Assembly: GCA_965644315.1 (NCBI GenBank)
Contig: CBFFRQ010000085.1
Location: 1 to 56,464, forward strand
Direction: 5' to 3'
Source: Caecitellus pseudoparvulus
Taxonomy: Eukaryota > Protista > Bigyra: Bicosoecida
Length of the DNA: 56,464 nucleotides
A program made the position numbers and the translations under genes. The stretch's first letter is position 1; the number at the start of each line of letters is the position of its first letter. The notes below the pieces were generated by a model. It made no database searches. It worked only from the letters and a program-made list of their open reading frames with translations, and had not been told where the DNA came from. This document shows positions 34,592 to 46,386 of the stretch, piece after piece.

Positions 34592-37500
34592 ATGGGCTGT
34601 GCTTGTAGCGCGGCGGGCTCTGCAGCCTCCTCGGCGTCGCCAGAGGACGTGGCCAGGACTGAGCATGGCCAGGGGCGCGTGTTGGACAGGTGGAATGGAC
34701 GGGCGGGTGATCTGGCCCGTGTCTCTCGCACGTTCGTGGAGGCCAAGGGAGACTTGGAGACGCTGGACAGGGACGCCTTTGTGAAGCTGTTTGACCTGCA
34801 TGACTTCCCAGCGGTGCGTCACGTGCTTCGGCGGGTTGGCAGAAACGCAGATGTGAAACGCCAGTCCCGCAGCTGCCAAGCCCAGCACAGCTACGCCGCA
34901 GCTGCCGAGGCGCTGCAGCGGCATGCATGCCGCAGACCTCAGCAAAACACCACGGTGCTCCCTGCCCTCGCAGGCGGCTGTGGATGCAGCCTTCCGCGTC
35001 TTTGACAAGGACGGCTCTGGTGCGGTGGACTTCCAGGAGCTCTGCTACGCGCTGTCCTTGTGCTTCCTGTCTGGCCAGGAGGAGCGCCTGCGTTTCCTCT
35101 TCAACATGTTCGACACGTCGGGCAGGGGGATCATGAGCCAGGCGCAGGCGGCTGCCCTGCTGCAGGCTGCCCTCAAGTCCCTGCAGCAGTTCGGCCTGGC
35201 GCCCACCAGTGCCCACGGCGACGACTCCGAGAGGCTGTGGCTGGAGCAGCAGCTGGCAGCGCTGCAGGATTGCATGCCTCCGCCCACGGGTGGTGCCCCA
35301 AGCGCGCCACCCGGCAGTGTGACCTTCGACGCCTTCCGCCAGTGGGCTGGCCGGGGCCCTGCCGCAGACCACATGCTGAAGGCTTTTGACGTGCTGCCTT
35401 CCCCACGCAAGCAGCGCCTGGCGGTGAAGGTGGCTTTGGGGTGTGCCGGCTTCCGTTCAGCCGACGTCTGGTACGTGCTGCCTTCTGCCTGGTGGCGGCA
35501 GTGGGCGCAGTTCACCGCCTTCCACGAGGTGGACGATCGGCGGGAACTGGCTGAGGAGCTGCTGCCGCACTGGGGTGGGGGCTTGTCGCAAGCCCCACCC
35601 GGTGAGGAAGGCGGAGATGCCCCCCCCCTTAACCCAGCCACCAACATCCCCCCCGGCTGTGGCGTGCCCTTTGTCCACGAGGCGTACCGGGTGGTGCACG
35701 AGTTGCCCGCGGCAGGAGGGGCCAAGGAGGCCAAGGAAGAGGAGGAGGAGGGGGTGCCCGCACCAGTGTTGGTGCCGTCTTCTCCCCCCGTGCGGCAAGT
35801 GAGCGTGGGACACGGGGGGGTCATGCCAGGACCCATCGACTGCTCCGCGCTGCTGGCGCCGGCCCCCTCCGCCAGTGCCAGCCCACGGCAGCTATCAGCA
35901 GAGCTCCGGTCGGGCCTCGTCCCAGACTACGATTTTGTCTTGCTGCCTGCCACCGTGTGGCGCTTGTTCGTGCGGTGGTACGGCCTGGCGAAGGGAGTGG
36001 GCGCCGTGCCGCGCCGGGTCCTCTGCGACGCTGGCGCCCTGTCCGTGGAGCTGTACCCGCCTGTCCTGACCTTCCTGCTGGCGGCACACGACGGCCGCCC
36101 CGACCCACGCACAGAGGTGTCTGTCATGGTGAGCCGCAGCACACCGCTGGCAGCCCTGCACGCACTTGCACGGCAAGAGTTCGGGTACCACCCGCTGCCC
36201 CTGCCAAGCGACCCCCCGCACGCGGGCGCGCTGGTGCAGGCGCTGAGGACCACTTGTCACGCCCAGCCGGTCGCCCAACCAGTGCAGCTGTTCTTGCAGG
36301 AGTTCTCTCCCTGCCCCTGGCAGGCTGCCGAGCCGCTGGCGCTGCAGGTGGCGTCGCCTACCAAGCCCCCCTCTGTCACGGCCAGAACTATTTCGTCATC
36401 AGATGTCGCCAGGCTCAGGAGCCGGCTGTGGCTGGCGCTTCCCCAGGCTGACGCAGCGGATAACCCACCGTGGCGCCGCCTGCACCCTTGCCCCAGTACA
36501 GTCCTGCAGCAGCACATCGCCGCCCTTGCGCAGGGCGCGGCGACAGACTGCTTGCCCGCCCTGCATGCAGGCAACACGCCCATTGCGCTGGCTGGGCTTG
36601 GGTCGGGTTCCCGGCTGATGCTGGAGGTTGCCATGCCCCCCCAAGCCCACGCCCGGGACCTGCACGCCAAGGCCTTCTCGGCGTCGTTTGGCTGGTTCTG
36701 GCCGTGTGCGTTGCTGGACTGCGAGGCCTGGGCCGAGGATGACCGGCCCGGCATGGTGCCTGCCAGCCAAGAGGTGCACATTCCCCTGCCGCGCATCCCG
36801 GTGCCCGATGCGGCAGAGGGCGTGGACGAGGGCACTCCAGCGCGATGCCCGGCTGGAACCCTGCTCCTCCACGCGCCTGTGTCTTCGTGGCGATATGGAC
36901 GATGGGCGGCGCCGTGGATGTCGCACCCACTTCCACCACAGAAATCGCCGGGCCTCCTGGCCGGTGGCAGCGTCAAGGTGTTTGAAGTGCTGCCGCCGCC
37001 GCTGCCTGTGCCCCAAGCAGTGGACGTTCTTGTGGACGGCCAGTGGCAGGCGGGGAACGTGGCAGCGGCACCCAGCGAAGCGGCGAGCCAGTCCCCCTGG
37101 CGCCTGAAAGTCCTAGGCAGCAAGCGTGGCAGTCCAGCCACCGAGGTGCACGTGCCACCTGAGCAGGTTCACGTGGCGCCGCCAGGCTGGCGGTGCGCCA
37201 CCCCGCCCTTCACAGGCAAGCGCTGGGGCCCTGGGCACTCCAAGCATGGGGCAACTGTGGCACGTGCGTGGAGGGCTGTGCTGCAGCGTGAAGACACACT
37301 GAAGGGGGGCGCAAAGCGCGCCAAGGGCAAGGCGTGGTGGGAGGGTCTCTGGTGGGCCAGGCGGCCCCGCAAGTCTGCTGCCCGTGAGCGCCCGAAGAAG
37401 GTCGGGCCTGGCAGGGAAACGACGACCACTGCCCAATTTGCCGACACGGCCGAAGGCAGCGCCACGCAAGTCGTCCCACTGGCTTCAGCCCACACTGCCC

Positions 37501-40500
37501 ACCACCGGCGGGCGGGCACGGGGCATGGAGGGAAGGATGGAGAGTCAGTGCAGTCCTCCGTCCACTCTGCCGTGAGCGGAGCATCGGCCGCCAAAGCTGG
37601 CAGTGTAGACACTGCTGCATCCTCACGGAAGGAAGCTGGCACTGTGGGCTCGACAGGCTCCGCAGCCGGCGGCGAGGAGAGTGGGCGGGCGAGCGGGTGC
37701 GCCGGCTTTTCTCAGCAGCCGACGGACGTACTGGAGGAGCACGCTTGGCGGGCTGGCACCGACCCTGACCTGTGGGGCTTTGACACAGCTGCTTTCTTGT
37801 GGGGCGAAGAGGGCCACCTTGCGGCCGAGGGGGAGGAAGCGCCCTCTGCCGAGGCGCTGGTGTTGCGGAGCAGGTGGTGGGTGGTGCGGGTGGCCGAGGA
37901 GTGGGCTGTGCATGTGGACATGGCCCCAGCCATGCAGAGCTCGTCAGAGGGCAGCGCCAAGCTGCTCGCTGCAACCACGAGCAATTCCGCCACCGCAGCC
38001 GTGGCACAGGGAGAACTCTGGGGCACAGGCGGAGGCGTGGTGTTGCAGGGAAACCACAGGCAGTCCCGTCTCCTTGGAGGCGCCACTGGGCTGGCAAACC
38101 TCGGCAACACTTGCTACATGAACGTGATTCTGCAGTGCCTTGCAGCTACACCACTGCTGAACCGTTTCATGTCATCAGGCAACTTCCGGCCCGAGGTAAA
38201 CTCGTCCAATCCGCTTGGGTCAGGTGGACGACTGGCGCGCACCCTGGGTGAGCTGCTGCACGTCATGTGGGCCGGGACTCACAAGTGGGTGTCCCCGTCC
38301 AGTTTCAAGGAAGCGCTGACCACTGCAAAGCCATGGTTTGCCGGGCGCGAGCAGCACGATGCCATGGAACTGCTGGGGCAGCTGCTGGATTGTCTCCACG
38401 AAGACCTCAGCCGTGTTTCCACAAAGCAGCGAGAGGAAGTGCTGGCGGCTCGACGCCGCGTGTCCAAGTCACAAAGCCAGGCAAAACAGCCCACAGAAGG
38501 ATCCAAGGGCACGGCAAGGGCGGGAGGGGCACCCCCACCAGCCTTTGAGGGCGCGCACGTTACAAGTGAAATGACGAGCGTGCCGCGTGATGCAGAGGGC
38601 GGGCGCCCCACGCCCTCTCACCCGGGAATTGCCTCAGCGGGCGGCCCCCCGCACAGTGTTGAACGGGTAGCTTCGAACACTGAAGCCAAGGATGCACCGC
38701 CAACACTCACCTTTGACGCAGCAGCTCCTGATATCCCCGACGGGCAGGGGGAGTCCAAGCATGCGTACGACTCCAAAGAGGACGAGCCGTCCCCTCGACC
38801 GCCCCCTTCAGGGAGGGGCCCTAGCTTGGCACACCCCCTCGATGTGTCAGCTTGTGTCCATGATGCTGTCGGACACCGACTGGGGCGCAGCGGCTCCCTG
38901 GCCTCGGTGGACCTGTCGGGTGTTCCTCCCAGCTCCGACGGGCAGGGGCACGAGCCGGTGGGCGTGGCTCTTGGGGAGTACTCCTTGCTCAAGAGCGACC
39001 CAGCCACCCTGCTGTCCCACGCGGAAGCTGCAAATCAAAGCTGGGTGCAGCACTTGCTGCTGAACCGTTCCGCGGTGGTGGACCTTTTCCAAGGCCAGTA
39101 CCAGGCCCGCACCGTATGCCAGCATTGCAGGTATGAGTCAGTGTCATTTCAGCCGTTCATGAGCTTGACTTTGCCCATACCGACGTTTTCCACAATGCCA
39201 CTGGAAGTAGTTGTGCACTCCTTGTCGTGTGGGTGGCAAGGGGGGGCTGTCCGCCCAGCAGGGGCTTGGGTTTCGCCTCCAACGCAAGGGCCTGCCATGC
39301 AGGCCGAGAAAAGTATCGACGTCGGTGGCGATTCACAAGGCTTTGAAGCCATTGCGCCAGCTCTGCGATGCCCCGTTCCAATGCGAGGCGCCTTGCTCAT
39401 TCGAAAGCATGTGACCTTCGCTGATGTCGTGCGGCAGCTGCAGGGCGCTGTCTGCAGTACACAAGGCACTCTGTCAGGCGATGCAGGGGGCTTGCTGGAC
39501 TTTCAGCTTGCCGAAGTGAGGAGCCACAGGTTCCTCCGCGTCTTCCGAAGCTCCAGCACCGTATCCCCTTCCCTCAAACTTCGCGACGATGCACTTCTCT
39601 CCTTCGACGCCTGCGAGTACACGCCGCCCAGCCAGCGCCTTCAAGGCGAAGAGCAAGCTTTGCCACCGAAGCTCGTGGCTATTCATAAGCCCCTGCATTG
39701 GTGTCAAGTCGCAGGCCATCCGGCATTGCCATATCCCCGGCAAGGCCCCGACAGCTGCCCAGTTGGTAGCTCAACTGGCCACGCAGCTGGGCAAAGCGCA
39801 GAGGCCTCCAGCAAGGGACTACAACACTGTGCTGTGGGAGATCGCGTGGATGCAAAGGACTCGCAAGGTGCTTGGTATCCTTCGACGGTTGTGAACAGGT
39901 GGAGCGACGCTGGGCAGACGCTCGTGCGCATTCACTTTGACTACTTTCCAGTCAAGTGGGACGAGACTTTTGTGCTCCCAAGTACTAAGCTCGCAGTGCT
40001 GGGGAGGCACACTGCCTCGGCATGCCTCCTGCCCCAGCCCTTTGCTGTGCCAGAGGCAGGGCTGAGTGTGGCCTTCGCGTCGCCTGCGGCCTCTACCACT
40101 GCCTCCTCCAAGAAGACGCGGCTTCAAGAAGCTCTGGTGGCAGTGCAAGTAGTTCACAGGGCCCCCCAGCACCGCACGGTGCGCCGCACAACCCGGCGGG
40201 AGGTTGAGATCGTGACCCCCACGAAAGTCAGTTTGCCGGACAGGTCGGGAGCTGCAAAATCCGAAACGCGCACCTCCCGCACGACGCAGTGGCAAGACGT
40301 TACGGAAGATCAGCGTGTCACATCGTGGCATTGCTTTGGGCAACCGCTGATGCTGCACTTTTCGTCTCTGCTCAGTTCTTGCCAGGTCGCTGAGTTGGTT
40401 GCGGCCCATGCAGGACGCTTCATGGCCTCGAACATCTCGGAGGCTCCTGCGCAGCAGCTGGCTGATGGCACGGCAGCCACCCTGGCCTCGTACTCGTCGG

Positions 40501-41915
40501 AGTATCTGAGCCTCATGAAGACAGTCGCTGCAGCCAGCAGTGTCGAGGGGCAGGGCAGCCGCGGCGATGCACAGGCTCTGTCAACAAGCGACCACGCAGA
40601 CGACCAACAGCAGAACGCCAGTGTATTGACTGCCGTGGAACTGCGCTTGGAGTGCGTAAAGCGGCTGTTCTCACACGCCCCTTTCGAACTCCGACTGGTC
40701 TCGGAGCGCGACTTGGCGTCCAGCAGCAAAGGCACGCTTCTGAAGCCGTCAGTCCAGCCTCTGAACCTACTGAAAGGCTCCTCCATTGCCGTGCACTGGC
40801 ATGATCCAGCAGCCTACTCCGCAGTCGCACCTCTGTTTTCGTGTGTCGGCTTGGTCCCTGCGCCGCCTTGCCTGCTGTCGAAGCATCTGGTGCAGGGTCT
40901 GCGCGCCAGTGGTGTGCTTGGCCAAGCCTCCGCAAGCGAAGACGAGTGTACTGCCTTGGCAGCAGCTGCCCACCAGGCTGTGCGAGGTAATCTTGCCGTT
41001 GGAGCAGCTGCTGTCCCTGTTGTGTTGCTGGGCTCGACACAGCAGGTGCTGCCCGAAGGCGTTGAGCTGGCACCTGCCGTGGTCACCGCCCTACAGAGCG
41101 CGGAAGGTGGTGAGGCGGCAAACCATTCGTTGCTTCCTTCGTGTGGATCTACAGCCGTGCACGCGAGCTTGGGGCAAGTGCGAGCGCTGCAAGCCCATCG
41201 CTTGCAGCGCCGAGCAGGGGAGGGTGCGCCGCCCAGCCCGGCCTGTGAGTCGACGCCGAGCCAATGGGTCGGGAACCCCGCGACCACCATTTCTCTGGAA
41301 TCGTGTTTTGACGCGTTTACAAAGGTTGAGAAGCTACCGGCATGGAGGTGTGAGCAGTGCTCCGAGACAGGGGGCGTGCGCAGCACAGCGCTGTGGCGTC
41401 TGCCAGACATCCTCGTCCTGCAGCTGGCCCGATTCCGCTTCAATGAGTTCGAACGAGAAAAACTGCACCACCCCATTGCCTTTCCCGTGGACCACATGAA
41501 TGTCGCGCCGTGGGTGGCGCCAGCTCCCCTCCTGCATGAGGCGCTGTCTGGGGAAGCAGCAGGGAATGGCCCACCTCAACGGCTGGCGCAGTCCTCGTCG
41601 ACGGCTTCAGCGCCATCATTCGCGGAGATGCCTACAGACTTCACCAACATGCTGCGGGCAGAGTACGACTTGTATGCAGTGGTGCACCACCACGGACAGA
41701 TGGGATCAGGGCACTACACCGCCGTGTGCAAAGTCCCCCTTTCAGGCGACGGCGGTGACGGAGACGCGTGGCTCCGTTTCGACGACAGGCACGTGGAGGC
41801 GGCGCCTGACCCCAGTGAGTGTATTTCCCCCTCAGCTGCGTACGTGCTGTTTTACCGCAGGCGGCACTTGTCGCCTCGGAACGTCATCAGCCTGAAGGGC
41901 GCTGGCATCGCATGA
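34592..41915 (+). CDS. USP32-like ubiquitin-specific protease with N-myristoylation motif, EF-hands, DUSP and split USP domain (~2390 aa)
   Basis: Exons 34592-34813 and 34974-41915: MGCACS start; EF-hands FRVFDKDGSGAVDFQE and LRFLFNMFD; DUSP WYVLPSAWWRQW..PGPIDCS; Cys box GLANLGNTCYMNVILQCL, QHDAMELL; His box YDLYAVVHHHGQMGSGHYTA; WLRFDD. Confidence 0.9.
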
Positions 41916-41986
41916 GCTACACGCCCCCGCGTCAGCACCAGCGTCGCTGCGCAAGCGCTCCACTCGCCTATGCCTCCAGCCCCAGC

Positions 41987-44900
41987 CTACTTGTGAAGCA
42001 TGGAGGGTGTCCTGGACGGGTCAGCCTCTGCCCCATCGTCCACCGGCCAGTCTTGTCCCGTGCCGGCCAGCGCGCCGGCTGCACCCATGTGTGCTGAATG
42101 CATCATGGATAAGTCATCCCAGTAGCCTTGCACTCCGCTCTCCCAGTCGCCGTCGGAGAGCGCGCCATCGGCGTCATCCTCCTCCCATCTGCTGGGGGCG
42201 ACAGTGCCGCCCCCCCCGCCCAGCTCAGTGACGTCCAGCCCCACAGCCTCGCTAAGCCTGAATCCCAGGCGCCCTGGGGATGCCTCCAAGTCGGAGCCCG
42301 CCCCGGCAACCGCCAGACCACCGTCTCGCCAGGCATCTGATGCTGACAGGTCAGACATGCCCGACTCGGCCAGCCCAGGGTTGTACCCGCCACTGGCCAG
42401 CGCCATCCACTCCTGTGGTGGTGGGGCTACTCCACGCGGTACATCGGTCGCGGCAGCCGCACACCACTCCTTGTTGTGCAGCATGAAGCGCCGGCTTTGC
42501 AGCGCATCTGCAAGGTGGATCTGAGGCGCATCTGGGTCTCCCTTCACAGAGTTGCGCAGGGCATCAATGCTCGTGGCAAGGGCACCGTCGACCGCCGCTG
42601 CCACGCGTTCATTGGCGTGCAGCGCAAACTCGGCAAGGCGGGGGAGCAGATCCCCTGCGCAGCCTGGCCCAACGACCGCTTGAAAGACTGACGGGAAGTA
42701 TGCCAGCCTGCGCAGGACATCTGCAATTTGTGCGACCAGCTCCACATCGGACGCTGAGTCTTGCAGCAGCCCAGAGAGGTGCGGGAGGCAACGGGAAGAC
42801 GCCAGGACAGACGCGCCCCTCTCATCCAACGCGGCAACCTGCATCACCATCACAGCAGCGAGCACGACATCCCCCTGCGCGTAGCCAGGGTTGCTCGCCT
42901 CCTCCAGCACCCGCAGCATGCCATGCTCTGTCAGGAGCGTGACGACACTCCAGCCGTCCGGCAAGTCAAGTGGCGTCAGGTGCGCCAGGAGGCGCAGCAC
43001 CTCTGGAACGACGGCCTCGTCAGGCGGGGACATGAGCAAGCTCAGAAGCTTGGGCACCAATGGCGCCCACAATCCCTGCATGCTGTACTCAAACGTGTCC
43101 AGTAGCGGCGCGTCGTCTTCCTCGGCCGTGTCAGCCAGCTGCCACTTACCCCGCCCAACGATGTCCTGCACGACCGACGCCTCCAGGCGCAGCAGGTCGT
43201 CATCTGTCGCCTCTGCTTCGCCATCGACGCCGTGTACGGAATCAGCATCTTCGTCCGAGGTGAGGCTCACCTGCTTCCGCGCCGCTGCCCGGCGCAGGTC
43301 GATGCCCAGCAAGTCGGCTTCCGTTTGAGCCCTGGCCACACGCATGCGTCGGAGGGCGCGCGCGTGTGCACCGGCCTCCACTTCATCCGCAGCACGTGCC
43401 TGGGTGTCATACGTCCACACAGCGACATTGACGAGCACCTTGAGCAATGGCCAGTCGCCAGAGGAGAGCGCTCGCTGCAGCAGGGCGCCCAACGCACCCC
43501 GCCGGCGCGCCACGACTTTTGCCCCCGCCGGGGCAGCCGAGACATTTGTGATTAACGCGAGGAGCTCTGGAGGCAGTGTAGGGGACGGCATCTTGAGCAC
43601 CATTTTCAAGATGGTCTCAGCAGCGCCGCACTTGGCCAGCGCACCCCTCGCAGCAGGCACCTCGGAGAGTTTGGCCATGAGGCGGAGGGTGAAGCGGCGC
43701 AGCGCTGGGGTGCTCAGCGCTGGTGCTAGGCGCTCCACGAGGCCCTTGGACACCATGTCCGCGGCCAATGCTGGCTCGAAGGCCATGTTGTACAGCAGCC
43801 GTGTGAGGGCATTTGCGAGGGCTTCCTGCTGTGGCGGCCTCGGCAGCAGGGACACGAGGCGGGGCAGCGCGCCCAAGTCGCTCATGTCAGCAATGTTCTG
43901 GGCGACCAGGCTGAGCTTGCGCAAGAAGACAGTCACCAGCATGATGAGGTCGGGGTAGGGATGCTCCAGCATGGGCACCAGCAAGCCCACGATGCCGCGC
44001 TTGTGCAGGGCTTTCTCCACGTGTACGTCCTCAGCTAAGTTCAACAACAGGTACAAGGCGGGGAAGAGCAGCTTCTCCTGGCGCTTGCCCAGCAGCCGTG
44101 ATCGCACGCGCTCGCGCAGGATATCCACCTTGCCATCAGGCAGGGGCTTCATCTTGAGCGCAGCTGCTGCCATGTCCCGCGCTCGCTGCAGCTGGCGCCC
44201 TTCCATGCCCGTGGCAGAGGCGGCCTGCTGTTCATCGGCAGAGTCATCTTCGTGCCCTTCTCTGTCTTCGTCATCTGCTTCCTTGCCTTGGCTTGCGCGT
44301 GCTTTGCGGGCTGCTTTGTTTTTGGCGCGTTTCAGGCGCACGAGCTGGTCTGCTGCGGCGCGGAGGTCAGCGTCTTCCTGCCGAATTGCAGCCTCCGCAG
44401 CGGCATCTCCTGCTTGCTGTGCAGCCGCGAGGGCGGCTAGACGGCGCAGGTCCGCGCTGCGCGCTGCGTGGCGCTTGTGCTCCAGCTCCACCACCTGCAG
44501 CGTCATGTCCACGACGCCATGCTCGGTGAGGGTGGCGTGCAGCTGGGAGAAGTGAGACATGGCATAGAAGATCTGCATGAGCACGGTCGTGACGTCGGTG
44601 TTCTTCTTGAAGTCCTCCCGCAAAGTGCGGCTGAGGGCCCCCAGCACAGTTGGGTTGCCCACAACTGCTTCGATGGTGGCGGGGTCCCGCACGAGGGCCA
44701 GCAACAGCCGCAGGGCCTGCAAGCGCAGCGCAGGGTCCACTTCATATATCCCCTCCAAATAGTCCTCCACACGGTCAGGGTGGGCCTCGGATTCCGCCTC
44801 AAGCCGCGCTGCCCCTGCTTTGGCCGCCTCGGCTTGCCACTTGTCCGAGTACTTGGCCTCTTCCTTGCGTCGCTGCCGGGCAGCGTCTGCGTCGATGGGT

Positions 44901-45616
44901 TCGGCATCCTTGCTTTCAGAGGGTTGGATTGCCTTGGTTGACGGGGTATCGGCATCTGCTGCATCTGTGCGTGGTCGTCGCAGCGGCCTCCGCGGCCCAC
45001 TCTGCCCACCGCCAGCCGCAGGCATAGGCGCTTGCGACCCAGCGCCAGCCGCGGCAGACGTGCCTGGCTGCGCGGCCTTATGCGACGAAGCGGGCACCTG
45101 GGCTGGCTGTGGTCGGCGCTGCACTTCTCTGGGGGCACTCTTGCCCTCAGAAGCAGCCGGCACTTCCCGGCTAGGCGCTGCTGCTGCCTCTTGCTGCGAC
45201 ATGACTGCCATGCGCAAGTCCGAGATGGCATGCATGACTTCGTCAATGCGGTCCTCGGAAATGATGTGGGAGCACTTGGAGACGATCTGATTAGCCAACT
45301 TCTCCACCTTGGAATTCGGCCCCAGCGTTTTCAGTCGGATCCTGCGAGGCAACCCGGTGCGGCCGTTGGGAGCTCCCCACGCAGATGGCCAAGGTGGCAG
45401 CAGCTCACCGTTTCTGAGTCGGTTTTTCTTTCCTGGACATCTCCTCGCCGAATTCATCATAGGATACCTTCACTGAGGTGTAACCCAACAGCACAGACGG
45501 GTCCGTCGTGTCGACTGCGGGGCGGCGGGAGCCCGCGTTTCACGTTGGCAAGCAGTGAAACGCTGGCGTGCACACCCACTCGACACGGGCCCGGGCATGA
45601 TGTGGGTCTTGTCCAT
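41987..45616 (-). CDS. KIFAP3: Kinesin-associated protein 3 (kinesin-II / IFT accessory subunit), ~1165 aa
   Basis: Exons 45616-45580, 45514-45409 and 45341-41987: ..KRIRLKTL.., EDYLEGIYE, LGALSRTLREDFKK, FYAMSHFSQLH, KRQEKLL..YLLLNLAED, FLRKLS, RRFMLHNKEW, all typical KAP3 motifs. Confidence 0.9.
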
Positions 45617-46386
45617 GGCAACTGATGAGATAAATGCACGCAGAGGGTCTCGGGAGTGCAGCCCTAGCGACAACGGGTGGGGCCGGTGTAAAGTTCTCGA
45701 GGCTTGAGAAAGCCAGGTGGCCTGGGCTTGCTGCGGCTCTTGCTCCCGCGGGACGTGGTCCGTCCGCACAACCTCACAGCAGCTAGCTGCTGAGGATTCC
45801 GAGCCCGCAGAAGCAAGCTGATAGCAGCAAACCTCTGGTACAGACTCCAGATTTCGAGGACCGGGGTTTTGGACCCTTCTTGTGAGTGTGGCTTGGGATG
45901 CCGGCGATGGAACTCTTTTTTTCGTGGCGTCCCCCAGTATCCTGACCTGCAGCTCGCACACCACTCACTCAGTGCAGGGGCTGGGAGGCCCATGCTACTG
46001 AAAGTTCTCACTGGATGGCAAGGGCTCCAGGTGCGCCGATGGCGCATGGCGCTTCGGCGGCTTCGTGCCCCCGTGGATATGCGCTAGCCGCCAGCACGCC
46101 TCGCGAAGCCAGACCACAATCTTGCGCAGTGTTGCTGCGGAGGGTGCTCTGAGTCGCCTGTCAGGCGGCCGGACCGAGCAGTGGCCCACCAATCAAAACC
46201 CTAACCCAAAGCGAATGTGACGAAGCCCTCCAGGACCAGACCACCTGTGTGCTTGTGCGCTTCATTGAGAAAACCGGGAGGACAGCGCGTCAGGTGCCAC
46301 CGCTTGCACTCGTGTCCACCCACTGACCACGCTTTTCCAAGGCCGCGAGGCCAGACGGCCGCGGCTTTCAAGTAAGGAAGGCCCTC

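Noticed and set aside
18532-45616. A flagellar gene cluster (CFAP161 + KIFAP3)
   Set aside because: The two genes are >20 kb apart with unrelated genes between them; two ciliary genes among 17 is unremarkable in a flagellate.
45617-46386. Short ORFs in the KAP3-receptor spacer (e.g. 45470-45964, 45664-46047)
   Set aside because: No recognisable motifs or convincing splice structure; treated as a divergent promoter region.
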